From NCBI GenBank assembly GCA_964016885.1, contig OZ024745.1, forward strand, positions 92,504,001 through 92,568,000: a stretch of 64,000 nucleotides of DNA. Direction: 5' to 3'. Origin of the DNA: Eledone cirrhosa. Taxonomy: Eukaryota. The position numbers and the translations under genes are program-made. The notes beneath the pieces were generated by a model. It did no database searches. It was not told the origin of the DNA and worked only from the letters and a program-made list of their open reading frames with translations. This document shows positions 1 through 10,242 of this stretch, piece after piece. Positions within the stretch are counted from its first letter, which is position 1. The number at the start of each line of letters is the position of its first letter.

Positions 1-57
1 TTAACATGTTTATCATTTTATTTGTAATTGTTAACATTAGTTAGATTTTCATTTCAG

Positions 58-239
58 AATTGAGAGTGTCAAAAAATGGTTCAAATGTTGTGAATTGTTC
101 TGCACAAGCCAAGGAGAATGATAACCAAGTTTGCATGCTAGATGATTCAGAGTTTTTCCCATCAAATTCACCATGTACTAAGAAAAATAATTTTGGCTAT
201 TATGATGGCAAACCATGCTTCATTGTAAGGCTGAATAAG
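58..239 (+). CDS. ATP1B: Na+/K+-ATPase beta subunit (nervana/ATP1B-like), internal coding exon
   Basis: Acceptor tttcAG ends at 57 and donor GTTAGT starts at 240. Translates ...VVNCSAQ...VC...SPCTKKNNFGYYDGKPCFIVRLNK, the conserved beta-subunit C...FGY..GKPC..KLNK ectodomain motif. Upstream exons lie outside the window. Confidence 0.93.
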
Positions 240-329
240 GTTAGTTTTCTAGTATTTTTCTGCACAGATTTTGTGTCACTGTATATTAATTTTCTAACCA
301 ATCAACATTAAATTTCAGGACATGGCAGA

Positions 330-1342
330 TACAACATCTGAGAAGACAAGACTCTAATGTGAGCTCCAGCACCAGATTTTCTATGTGAAACTACTATAAA
401 TCGAATGGACAAATCTCTTTTCAAAGCCAATACACAAAACTGGGTAAAGAAGTTTAAGACCTGTAGGATAGTGGAGAGCATCAGTACAATGTCTAAAGAC
501 GATCTTAGCCACTTTCTAGGGCTCAGGAAGCGTGCACAGGAAGGTGTTGATATGGTCCGAGAGTCTGTTGAACAGACCCAAAATGATTGCTGTGCAGGAA
601 AAGCTAATCCTTGGGTTTCTCCACAGAAACTTACAGGTTGTCATAGAGAATCATAAGAAGTATTTCTACAGAATACAGACTAAACAAAAGCTTACTGTAG
701 CTGATAAGACCAAGAAAAAGGCTATGGTTGAGAAAATGCTGGAGAATATGAAAACAACTCAAATTTCGGAATCTGCTGTGGACCTCTGTGGAAGCCCACT
801 TTCACTTAGAGAGGAAGATCAACTCTGTGAAGAATATGAGAGCTAGAGAATCCTACTGAAATAGCTGTGAAACCACTTCACTCAGCTAAAGACCATGTAT
901 CCATCTCTAATGAATAAGTTCTGGTTCCAGCAAGATAAAGAAAGCCCTCACACCTCCAATGAGTCACAAGAATGGCTGAAAAATAACTTTGGAAATCGTG
1001 ATTTAAACACCCTAGATTTCTTTCTTTGGGGCTATCTGAAAGACAGGGTATATACCAACAAACTTGGGAGCATCATTGAAAGGAAAACATCAGTGGGGAG
1101 ATCAGAGCCATCCTTAGGTTCTTTTTCTAAATTTCACCATGCCCCTTAACAAATGCATCGATTCAAATGAGAATCACTTGTACTGTAACTTTGGACAGAA
1201 ACAACAGAAGATAGCAAAGTTTTGCTATGTTGTTTTTAATTGTTTGAACTAAATGTATATGGAGTTTCATTAGTTTTTGTCAAAAAATAAATAATGTAGA
1301 CAAAAATAGAAATGGGGTCAGTTTTTTTTTAGTCACTCTGTA
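330..1342 (+). mobile_element. decayed Tc1/mariner DNA transposon (transposase pseudogene plus right TIR)
   Basis: Fragments NWVKKFKT (HTH-like) and FWFQQD..PHT...DLNTLDFFLWGYLKDRVY (catalytic-domain motifs) with frameshifts and stops. Ends GGGTCAG(T)nAGTCACTCTG-TA at 1315-1342, like a CAGxGTG-type TIR plus TA target. Left end not seen. Confidence 0.8.
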
Positions 1343-1480
1343 TATAGTACCTTATTATTCATATTATATATAACAATAATAACACTTACGGACTATTGTT
1401 ATTTCAATTATTTACATTTTCCAATGACTTATTCAAATTTCGCTCTTTTATTTAAGAAAAAAAAAAATTATTTATACTAG

Positions 1481-1660
1481 CACACACTGTAAATGTGGTT
1501 GGCGTTAGGAAGGGCATCCAGCCGTAGAAAACCAGCCAGAAACTCTCCTATATGAACGAGACACGGTCACCTCACCAAACTTTCCTCTAATTGGGACAAA
1601 CCCGTCTAACCCATGTTAACATGGAAGATAGACATTAATCGACGATGATGATGATGATGA
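1481..1660 (+). mobile_element. RTE-tail SINE/LINE 3' fragment
   Basis: GGTTGGCGTTAGGAAGGGCATCCAGCCGTAGAAA motif, CCATGNTARCATGG hairpin and (GAT)n tail, shared with the RTE 3' UTR at 3620-4130. Confidence 0.8.
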
Positions 1661-1740
1661 TACCAAGGTTATGAAAAAAAGTTAAAATTTCTCTTTCCAA
1701 TTAGTCAAAATAATAAAAAAGAGTTTTTTAATTAATATAT

Positions 1741-1995
1741 CATCATCATCATCAGCATCACTGTTTAACATCTACCTTCCATGCTAGCATGGGTTAGACA
1801 GGTTGTTCTATTTGAGGCAGGTTGGGTCAGGTGACCGTATCCTGCTCATACAAAACTGTTTCTGGCTAGATTTCTACAGCTTGATGCTCTTCCTAACGCC
1901 AACCACATTTACAATGTGTGCTGGGTGTTTTTTGCGTGACACCTGCATGACCACTTTACAATGTGGACTGGGTGCTTTTTGTCATGTTACCTACA
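1741..1995 (-). mobile_element. RTE-tail SINE/LINE 3' fragment
   Basis: (CAT)n followed by the reverse complement of the same tail and motif. Confidence 0.8.
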
Positions 1996-2023
1996 CGATA
2001 TATATGTATATTTATTTTTTTAA

Positions 2024-2334
2024 CCCAATATGCACCGCACCCCACACCCCCTACTCCATCCTCCCATTTCCATCCACTGTAAAGAGGTCGTGTAGGTGAC
2101 ACTACAAAATGCACCCAGTCGACACTGTAAAGTGGTCATGTAGGAAACACAGTAAAAAGGCTCCCAGTCCACACTGGGTTGGTGTTAGGAAAAGCATCCA
2201 GCCGTAGAAAACCTGCCAGAAACAGTTCTGTACGAGCGAGATACAGTCACCTGACCAATCTTGCCTCAAGCGGGACAAAACCATCCAACCCATGCTAGCG
2301 TGGAAGATGGATGTTAAACGATGATGATGATGAT
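2024..2334 (+). mobile_element. RTE 3' UTR-like fragment
   Basis: C-rich start, repeated hairpin units, AGGAAAAGCATCCAGCC motif and (GAT)n tail. Confidence 0.8.
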
Positions 2335-3093
2335 TTTAATATTTCTAAAGTCTGGAAGTTGACAGCAAATAAACAGTTTACTCTGAACCCAAATATCATG
2401 GAGTAATTTTAGTTTTTTTTTGGTGCCGATAAAATAAATACCAGCAAATTGTCTGTGTTAGTTTGGAGTGCAAACCAATCCCAAGTGGAAGAAATTTACT
2501 TTAGGGAAAGCTAATCTCAGGTAGTTGAATCTTATGAAAAAAATGACAAAGGACTGCAACAGGTGGTGAGACGTGATGCTGAAGAAGACCTGAGCAATAT
2601 ATACAAGTATGGAAAATCATAAGGTGCTTTGTGCCCAGTCAAAAGAAATCAATATTTCCACTGGAAAGTAACTTGTTATGCTGAATATATATATATACAT
2701 ATGAAGAGGATGGCAGCTGTTCTTCGCATCAAGAAAGATTAACAGACCTCTTCAACACTTAATTTTAAATTCTTTTTAATTGTAATATTCAACATTTGAT
2801 AAGATGATACATCGAAACCAGTTATATTTTATATACATTATAAAACTCCCTTTTTTTTAAAGAATTGTACCTCTCACTTTTTTCAATGTCACTTTGACGA
2901 ATCAAAGAATAAAAAAGAAAAACAGATCCTTAAATATATTTTCTGTGCTATTTCCAATTCCACTTTCTCTCTATAGATATATCAATATCTATATCTATAT
3001 GTAATATAAACAAAGAGGGTGTGGTAAGATATCAGGTGGACCATAACGCACCAGAGTACTCAATATTTAGGGTAGTAGAGTGGGTAATAGGAA

Positions 3094-3210
3094 AAGAGTC
3101 AGGACCCCGACAGCTGAGCTCCGGCTGTTTCGACAGCTAGATCTGAACTAGATCCGTTCGGATCTAGCTGTCTAAATGGCTGGAGCTCAGCCGTCGGGGT
3201 CCTGACTCTT
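3094..3210. repeat. fold-back palindrome, 55-bp arms with 7-nt loop
   Basis: 3094-3148 is the reverse complement of 3156-3210 with 6 differences. A related single arm lies at 16631-16669. Confidence 0.9.
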
Positions 3211-3211
3211 T

Positions 3212-3249
<38 letters not shown>

Positions 3250-3588
3250 CATCATCATCATCATCATCATCATTTTACGTCCGCTTTTCCCTGCTTGCAA
3301 GGGTGGGACGGGAACTGATTCTGGCTTTATTTCTACAGCTGGATGCCCTTCCTAACACCAACCTCATTTACAGTGAGTGCTGGGTGCTTTTTTGCCATGG
3401 CACCTCCACGACCACTTTGCAGTGGAATGATAGGGACTGGGGTCCCTATCATCTCATTTCTACAGCTGAGTAAACTGGAGCAATGTGAAATAAAGTCTCT
3501 TGCTCAAGGAAACAACACATCACCCGGTCTGAGAATTGAACTCACAACCTTTCGATTGCAAGGGCAATGCTCTAACCACTAAGCCATG
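3250..3588 (-). mobile_element. full-length tRNA-derived SINE (family A: tRNA head, CORE-like CCTTGAGCAAG box, RTE-type tail)
   Basis: Minus strand: A-box TGGCTTAGTGG, B-box GAGTTCAATTC, (GAT)n tail. Near-identical copy at 20373-20709. Confidence 0.85.
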
Positions 3589-3619
3589 TATGTGTGTGTA
3601 TATACATATATATATATAT

Positions 3620-6359
3620 ATCATCATCATCATCATCATCATCATCGTTTAACGTCCATGTTCCATGCTTGCATGGGTTTGGACGGGAGTTTTCCCACTT
3701 GAGGCAAGAGTGGTTGTCTTGCTCGCATAGGACTGTCTGGCGGGTTTTCTACAGTTGGATGCCCTTCATAACACCAACCACATTTACAGTGTGGGGCTGG
3801 GAGGTTTTTACCGTGTTGCCTACACGGCCACATTACAGCGTGGACTGTCTGGCGGGTTTTCTACAGCTGGATGCCCTTCCTAACACCAACCACATTTACA
3901 GTGTGGGACTGGGAGGTTTTTACCGTGTTGCCTACACGGTCACATTACAGCGTGGACTGTGTGTTTTTTTTTTTGTCGTGACACCTACACGATCTTATTT
4001 GTTTCGGCCTGGATTTTGTGCCACCAACATAACTTTACATTGAAAGGGGCGGTGTGGATGGGGTGGGGGTGGTGGGACGGGGTGTATTTTGTTAGAGATG
4101 CCTACTGACTGTAGTAGGTTTTACTTTGTATTTAGGTAAGGCGGGTCTTCTCTATTACTGAGTACCACCAAAACTCTCGGTCCAGTGACATTGTCTTGGA
4201 GAGGTGTAAGTGTGTGAGGTCGGAATTTATCAGCTCGTCCCAGGTTTTTCTGGGTCTGCCTACTCCGTGGCTACTGTCTATCTTTATTGCCCTGCACTTT
4301 GCTATACAGCTGTCGTCTTTCATGCGCATCACGTGACCATACTAACGTAGCCTTCTCTCGAGTAAACAACATCTGATCCCTCTTATTTCTAATTTTTTCC
4401 TTAGTTCGTTTATGCTTTGCTGTTGGCGTATATTACTATTACACATCCAGTGGAGCATGCAAGCTTCGTTCCTCTCTAGTCTGCGTATATCCTCTGCACA
4501 CAATGCCCAGGTCTCACTGCCATGCAACATTGCTGTTCGTATGCAGGCATCATACAACCTGCCTTTCATTTTTAGGGAAAACCCTTTAGCGGCTAATAGT
4601 GGTATAAGCTCTCTGAACTTTTTCCATCCAGTTCTGACTCTAGCTACTGTACTTTCGGAGCACCCTCCCCCACTGCTGATTTTGTCGCCCAGGTAACGGA
4701 AGCTGTCCACTATTTCTATAGAACCCTCTGCGCAGTTGAAAGAGCTAGTATTTTGTGGGCACTTGCTGCTACTTATTGCACCAGAGCACCGGCCACATGT
4801 AAAATCTGTGTTCTTAGTTAGCTTACCTGTGATCCCACTACATCTTTTATGCACCCATACTTTGCATTTGGGACATAAAATGGAGTTTCTACCTACGCCT
4901 TTCCTACACACTGAGCATGGCCATTTCCCGGAAGGGACCGGCGCCTTATTTTCTTTCCTACAAACTAGAACTTTAGTCTTAGCCAGGTTAATTTTAAGGC
5001 CATTTGATTCTAGGCCGTGCTTCCATGTTTGGAATTTCTTCTCTAGCTCGGCCATTGATTCAGCTCTGAACGTTAGGTCATCTGCGTATAGGAGTTCCCA
5101 TGGGCAGCCGGTCTTGAACTCCTCTGTTATAGCCTGAAGAGCAATAATGAATAGTAGGGGGCTAAGAACAGAGCCCTGATGGACACCAACTTTTACGCTA
5201 AACTCTTCACTATATTCGTTGTTAATTCTAACCTTGCTCACTGTTTCTTTATACATGGCTTGTATAGCTCTCACAAGCCATTCGTCAACACCTAGTTTTC
5301 TAAGAGCCCACCAGATAATGGAACGGGGGACTCTGTCGAAGGCTTTCTCCAAGTCGACAAAGGCTAAGTATAGGGGTTTACTTTTAGCTAGGTACTTCTC
5401 CTGTAGTTGTCGTACAATGAAAAGAGCGTCTGTGGTACTTTTGCCTGACACAAACCCGAACTGCATTTCATCTAGATCGATTCTCTCTCTGATTAGTTGC
5501 ACTATTACTTTTTCCGTGACCTTCATGACCTGGTCGATTAATTTAATCCCTCTAGGGCGTCTCCTTTACCCTTGTAACAGTTAATGATGATGCTGCTACG
5601 CCAGTCCTTCGGAACAACCCCATTCTGTATGACTTGGTTTACTATCCGGGTGACCATGGTGTGTCCCACCGTTCCAGAGGCCTTCAGCATCTCAGCAACT
5701 ATTTCCGAAGGCCCAGCCGCCTTACCCGTCTTCATATCTTTGATTGCCTTACTTATTATACTACCTTCAACTAACACTGCTGGTCCCTCTATTGGATCGA
5801 TCTGGGGGAGACTATCCTTCTCCCATTTATTCTCCTCATTTAGTAGCCTCTCGTAGTGACACTTCCACGCGACCTTCTTATCAGCGTCAGTGATGGCGAG
5901 TACGCCATCATCATTTAGTACAAACTTCTCCCCAACAATATCACGGTTTTCCTTGACACATTGCCTAGCAATCCTGAACACCTCACGTTTTTGGTCCTCG
6001 CGTTGTAGAACATGCTTGAACTTTCTTTCCTCTGCTTCCCTTCTTGCGAAGTACACTTGTCTCCTAGCTTCCCTCCTGGCCACTTGATAGTCTTCTCTAC
6101 TTCCCCCATCCCGCCATATTTTCCAAGCCTGCTTTTTGGCCTTAATCGACTCCTCCACCTTACTGTTCCACCACCATGTTACTCTCCTCCTGCCTATAGG
6201 CCTGCTCCGACCACAGACTTTGTCTGCCGCTATCAGCAGGTTTGCTGTCAGGAATTCCCACTGTCCCTCTATATTGTCCGACTCTAAATGCTCTTCCTTA
6301 CTGTCGAAAGCATCAAGTAATATGCTTTGAAATTTATTTCTGGCTGTGGGGTCCTTTAG

Positions 6360-6360
<1 letters not shown>
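3620..6360 (-). mobile_element. 5'-truncated RTE-clade LINE, inactivated
   Basis: RT motifs [46 protein letters not shown] ~16-nt deletion frameshift near 5551 (by comparison with the 37-kb copy) and TGG>TAG at 4342-4344. The 3' UTR has a 112-bp tandem duplication and a (GAT)n tail. The 5' end breaks at a (TA)n tract. Confidence 0.95.
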
Positions 6361-6401
<41 letters not shown>

Positions 6402-6403
<2 letters not shown>

Positions 6404-7059
6404 TCTTTAGCAGTTAAAACTAATGTAGGCAAAAAATTCCTAGAGCTCTTAGATAAACATTTCCCTAGAACACATAGATACCATAAGATCTTCAGTAGAA
6501 ACTGTGTCAAAATCAGCTACTCCTGCGGTCCCCCTATTAAATCTTATATCCTCAATAAGAAAATACCCAGAGAACATCAAAATTGCTCCTGTAGTGCAAA
6601 AGTGAATGCCCATTACAAGGTAAATGCAACACCAAAGCCATTGTATATGCGACTAAAGTGACAACCACCAGCAACAACCTACCAGCCACCAATGAACGAT
6701 ATGTGGGTATGACACAAGACAAATTCAAAACGCATTATTACTCACATGTCGCATCTTTCCGACATCCTGAAAAAAGATTTACAACAGCTCTGGCTAGCAG
6801 AATATGGGATTTGAAAGACCAAGGTATCCAATATAAATTAGATTGGTTTATTTTAAACCAATCTAAAGAATATGCAAGAGGAACAAGAAGATGCGCACCC
6901 TGCATAAGTGAAAAATATTGGATTTTACAGAACCTTAAATCACCAAAAACCTGCCTAAATGCAAAAACAGAAATGTTCACCAGTTGTTCACACATGAAAT
7001 CACACTTGCTTTCCAGCTCATATAAACTTAACTCACTTTCAGATACTTATCCTCCATAA
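6402..7059 (+). mobile_element. Penelope-like element fragment: RT C-terminal region, Cys linker and GIY-YIG endonuclease (pseudogene)
   Basis: KTNVGKKFLELLDKHFP..HKIFSRNCVKISYSC, then CSC..ECPLQGKC..IVY...YVG..FKTHY..H...C..C..EK..LN..E...C.H. Frameshift at ~6600; the catalytic Arg position reads His. Confidence 0.88.
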
Positions 7060-7369
7060 ACTCTTGTTCTTCACTTTCCTTAACTTACCTTCTTTACAGA
7101 CTTCTCTTTCTGATTTACTTTTATTTTTATTTTTAACTTTATTTTTACTTCACATCCACCAGTGACCCCCCCCCCCCCCCCCGCTTTTTGATTTACTATA
7201 TATCTTCACAATTTTACATATTTTACTTCCCCCTTTTCTTTCACTACCTGATAACACATGTCACTGGCATTTTCAACTCCAGATATATTCTGTTGTCCCT
7301 CAGCCGCTTTTATGTATGTTTACTTGCGTATAATTTGTACTCATTTATTCATACGGCTGGTTTTTATAT

Positions 7370-8210
7370 TGTATGTATGCGTGTAAGTGTGCATATGTGT
7401 GTATACATGTTTGTATATGTATACAAATGCATTCGTATGTGTGCGTGTATGTGTATATGTGTGTGCATATGTGTGTTTTTATATCTATGTTTTTTACATA
7501 CTTATATATATATGTGTGTGTGTATATGTATATATATATATATATATATGTGTATATATATGTGTATATATATATATATGGTCGCGTGCGTGTGTGTGAT
7601 TAGATGTACATGTATGTATATATATGTGCTTCGTGTGTATATATGCGTGCTTTTGTATGTATGTACGCATGTATGTGCTTTTGTCTGTACGTATTTATAT
7701 ATATATTTTATATATATGTGTGTGTACGAACCTCTGTATGTTTTCTATTTTTCTAGTGTTACTTTATAATTGATAACCCCTCCCTCTTACTTTCTCTTTG
7801 CTTTAAATTTTTTATTCTCATATATTTTTTTATTTTTTCATTTTCATATTTTATATTTTTGTATATATGTATCGACCTTCAGCCTGACATTGCTTTGACT
7901 GATACACTCCCTTCCCTGTATATATCACATGCATGTATGTGGTTGCGCGTGTGTGTTTATACGCGTGCTTTCATACTTGTATGCGTATATATTTCAATCC
8001 TTTGTCCCTGAGTCTGTATGTACGCTAACTCTATTATCTTACAATTTCTTTTTTCAACATATATTATATACGTATTTGTGGTCACACATACACTGATATG
8101 CTTGCCCTCATGTATGTACTTACGCACACATTTTTTCACTATACACATGCATTTGTACATACACACATATGTACATTTTTAGGTGTATATACACACATTT
8201 ATACACATAC
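7370..8210. repeat. degenerate (TG)/(TA)/(CA) low-complexity tract
   Basis: Alternating purine-pyrimidine runs interleaved with T-rich sequence. Confidence 0.7.
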
Positions 8211-8333
8211 CCTTACTATATTTCCTTATTTTATTTTTTATATATCTCTTGCATTACTTTTATTCATATACTTTTTGCCCGTTAAACTTTTGCCTTTCTT
8301 GAGGAGATTTTTCAAATATTTCACTATGTTTTA

Positions 8334-8411
8334 AATTGCCTTGTCTGACGAACGAATGAGGACGTTTCTTGTATTCGTCTTATTCGGTAAACCTCTGGTA
8401 ATGAGGTAATT
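8334..8411 (+). ncRNA. degenerate type I hammerhead ribozyme (probable Penelope pLTR motif)
   Basis: Stem I AATTGCCTTGT/ATGAGGTAATT (11 bp with G-U pairs), CTGACGA, stem II CGAATGAGGACG/CGTCTTATTCG, GTAAA instead of GAAA, stem III ACC-TCT-GGT, GUA triplet. Confidence 0.6.
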
Positions 8412-8862
8412 ATATTCTATTGTTTATTATACATTATATATATATATATATATATAATGTATAATAAACAATACAATATAATATTCTTCCACGTTAATCT
8501 TATTTCTTCTTTCACTTAGATATACTTACACTGTGTATATTTCTCCTTTGAAACTTATTTCGTCATTCACTCTATCATCACTATCAATATGTATAATCGT
8601 TCTTTCTTTCCTGTTCTATCTTTCTCCTTTCTTTTTTTCTTTTTTTCTCTCTCACTTACATATCATCTTCTTCCAACAGTTTAATTTAAATAAACCGTTA
8701 TCTTTTCAACCTTTCGGGCACTCATTTGCATACTCACTCATAACTTTGTATTACCCTCAATAAATGTGCTATCTCCACCATCCAGGAAGCTCCAACCGTT
8801 AAGGTTGTCTTTTTTTCCGGGTATATCAATATTTATTTGTATTTATTTATAAAACAAATCTG

Positions 8863-8917
8863 TATTTTATCTGACGAAAGCGCACCTTGGTTGCCCTTGA
8901 AATATGTATAATAAATA
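8863..8917 (+). ncRNA. minimal type I hammerhead ribozyme, intact core
   Basis: TTTAT-CTGACGA-AAGCGCA(ccttggt)TGCCCTT-GAAA-TATGTATA^ATAAA. Homologous copy on the minus strand at 28527-28587. Confidence 0.6.
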
Positions 8918-8959
8918 AATATGGTTTTATAAATATAGTTTCCATTTATTAATATATTG

Positions 8960-8990
<31 letters not shown>

Positions 8991-8998
8991 ATATATGT

Positions 8999-9136
8999 GT
9001 GTGTTATGTCCTTGAGCAAGACACTTTATTTCACGTTGCTCCTTCTCCCTGGAGTTGCGACCGATAGATAGTATTAGAAATTGGAAAGACCGATGAAAAA
9101 ATTGTTTCCTCGGTCCGATTTGACGAAAGTCGATCG
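8999..9136 (+). mobile_element. SINE family C fragment (CORE-like box plus distinct tail)
   Basis: Matches the reverse complement of 40727-40922. Confidence 0.75.
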
Positions 9137-9211
9137 TTCCTAAATATATGTATATATATACATATATATATATATATACACACACATACATATATATATA
9201 CATATACATAC

Positions 9212-9244
<33 letters not shown>

Positions 9245-9247
<3 letters not shown>

Positions 9248-9920
9248 AATATGTTGAAAAGGTAACACACCAGAGAGAGATACAGTGCGCCATCAATAAA
9301 ACAGGGAAAAACCACCAGTGTATGGAATCTATAATCCATGAAAGGCAGACTATAGACACGATAAAAATATAAATTAAAGCGTAAATAAACACCTCTATAA
9401 CTATATAACACACGTACAAATCCAAAGTGATCTGTTTTGCCAGTAAGTTGTTGACGGAAATGAAAATAACCCAGGTTCATCAGCGTGTGTTAGGCTATAC
9501 ATTTCAGACAACATTAAGAGAATTTTTAAAGTGGCCGTCCAACTACACGTGGGTGAGAGAAGTCACAGCGTGTTTAAGAGCAGTGAACCAGTGGCCTCTG
9601 AGGGACGAGCTGCTAGAAAGGGCAGCCCAAAACAACTCAGAGAAGTGTGCTCAACCAAACAGAGAGAAAGGAGAAAGACTGTTATAAGGAGTGAAATATC
9701 ACGATACATTAACGGAGCCATAGACTCTCTCCGTTCCCTGTAAATAATGTGTTCAAAGGAGAGCCTGGGCACTTTAAAATACAATATGTTGAAAAGGTAA
9801 CACACCAGAGAGAGATACAGTGCGCCATCAATAAAACAGGGAAAAACCACCAATGTATGGAATCTATAACCTATGAACGGCAGAATATAGACACGATAAT
9901 TAAAAATATAAATTAAAGTG
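9245..9920 (-). mobile_element. retrozyme-like / Penelope pLTR-like unit with ~140-bp terminal direct repeats (period 535 bp)
   Basis: 9245-~9383 is repeated at 9780-~9920. A hammerhead fold lies inside on the minus strand, and both ends abut (TA)n. Confidence 0.7.
9406..9492 (-). ncRNA. type I hammerhead ribozyme with G12>A core change
   Basis: Minus strand: stem I TAACACACG/CGTGTGTTA (9 bp perfect), CTGATGA, degenerate long stem II, AAAA, stem III ACAGATC/GATTTGT, GUA triplet. Confidence 0.7.
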
Positions 9921-9954
<34 letters not shown>

Positions 9955-10134
9955 TATTTTATTAACATTTTGCATAATGAAGTTAATTTATTGGGAAAAT
10001 CTCAGTAACTATCATTAGTCCGTCACTTCATATAAGAAGAGCTAGGAAAATAAAAAAAAAACTTGATGTCTTTTCTAGCTTCTATTTATTTTTTTTATAA
10101 AAAAAATATATCCTAATTTGCCCGTTTACTTTAG

Positions 10135-10242
10135 GTATTCGGTTGGAAACCTGAACCCTTTGGAAGTTTGGCGGAAGTCCCTAAACATTATCCAAGAGAC
10201 CGTTTTAATCAGAATTATGTTGTAATTGAGTGTTCTGGACGC
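10135..10242 (+). CDS. ATP1B: Na+/K+-ATPase beta subunit, penultimate coding exon (108 nt, phase 0/0)
   Basis: Acceptor tttAG ends at 10134 and donor GTGAGT starts at 10243. VFGWKPEPFGSLAEVPKHYPRDRFNQNYVVIECSGR joins the previous exon to give the canonical LNK-VFGWxP and ends in the conserved IEC.G. Confidence 0.93.

Noticed and set aside
240-311. ORF 60-311 continuing past LNK, and the ORF 10168-10410 continuation
   Set aside because: Read-through into introns beyond clear GT donors; beta-subunit similarity stops at the splice sites.
2796-2824. TTGATAA-GATG(ata)CATC-GAAACCAGTTA hammerhead-like string
   Set aside because: Two core changes and no convincing stem I; too degenerate to call.
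3500-3588. tRNA gene-like A/B boxes (also 20620-20709, 32610-32700)
   Set aside because: They are SINE heads joined to repeat bodies and tails; no complete cloverleaf.
4412-6330. Plus-strand ORFs overlapping the RTE (likewise antisense ORFs at 37.7-40 kb and 42-43.8 kb)
   Set aside because: Antisense shadows of LINE coding sequence with no domain features.
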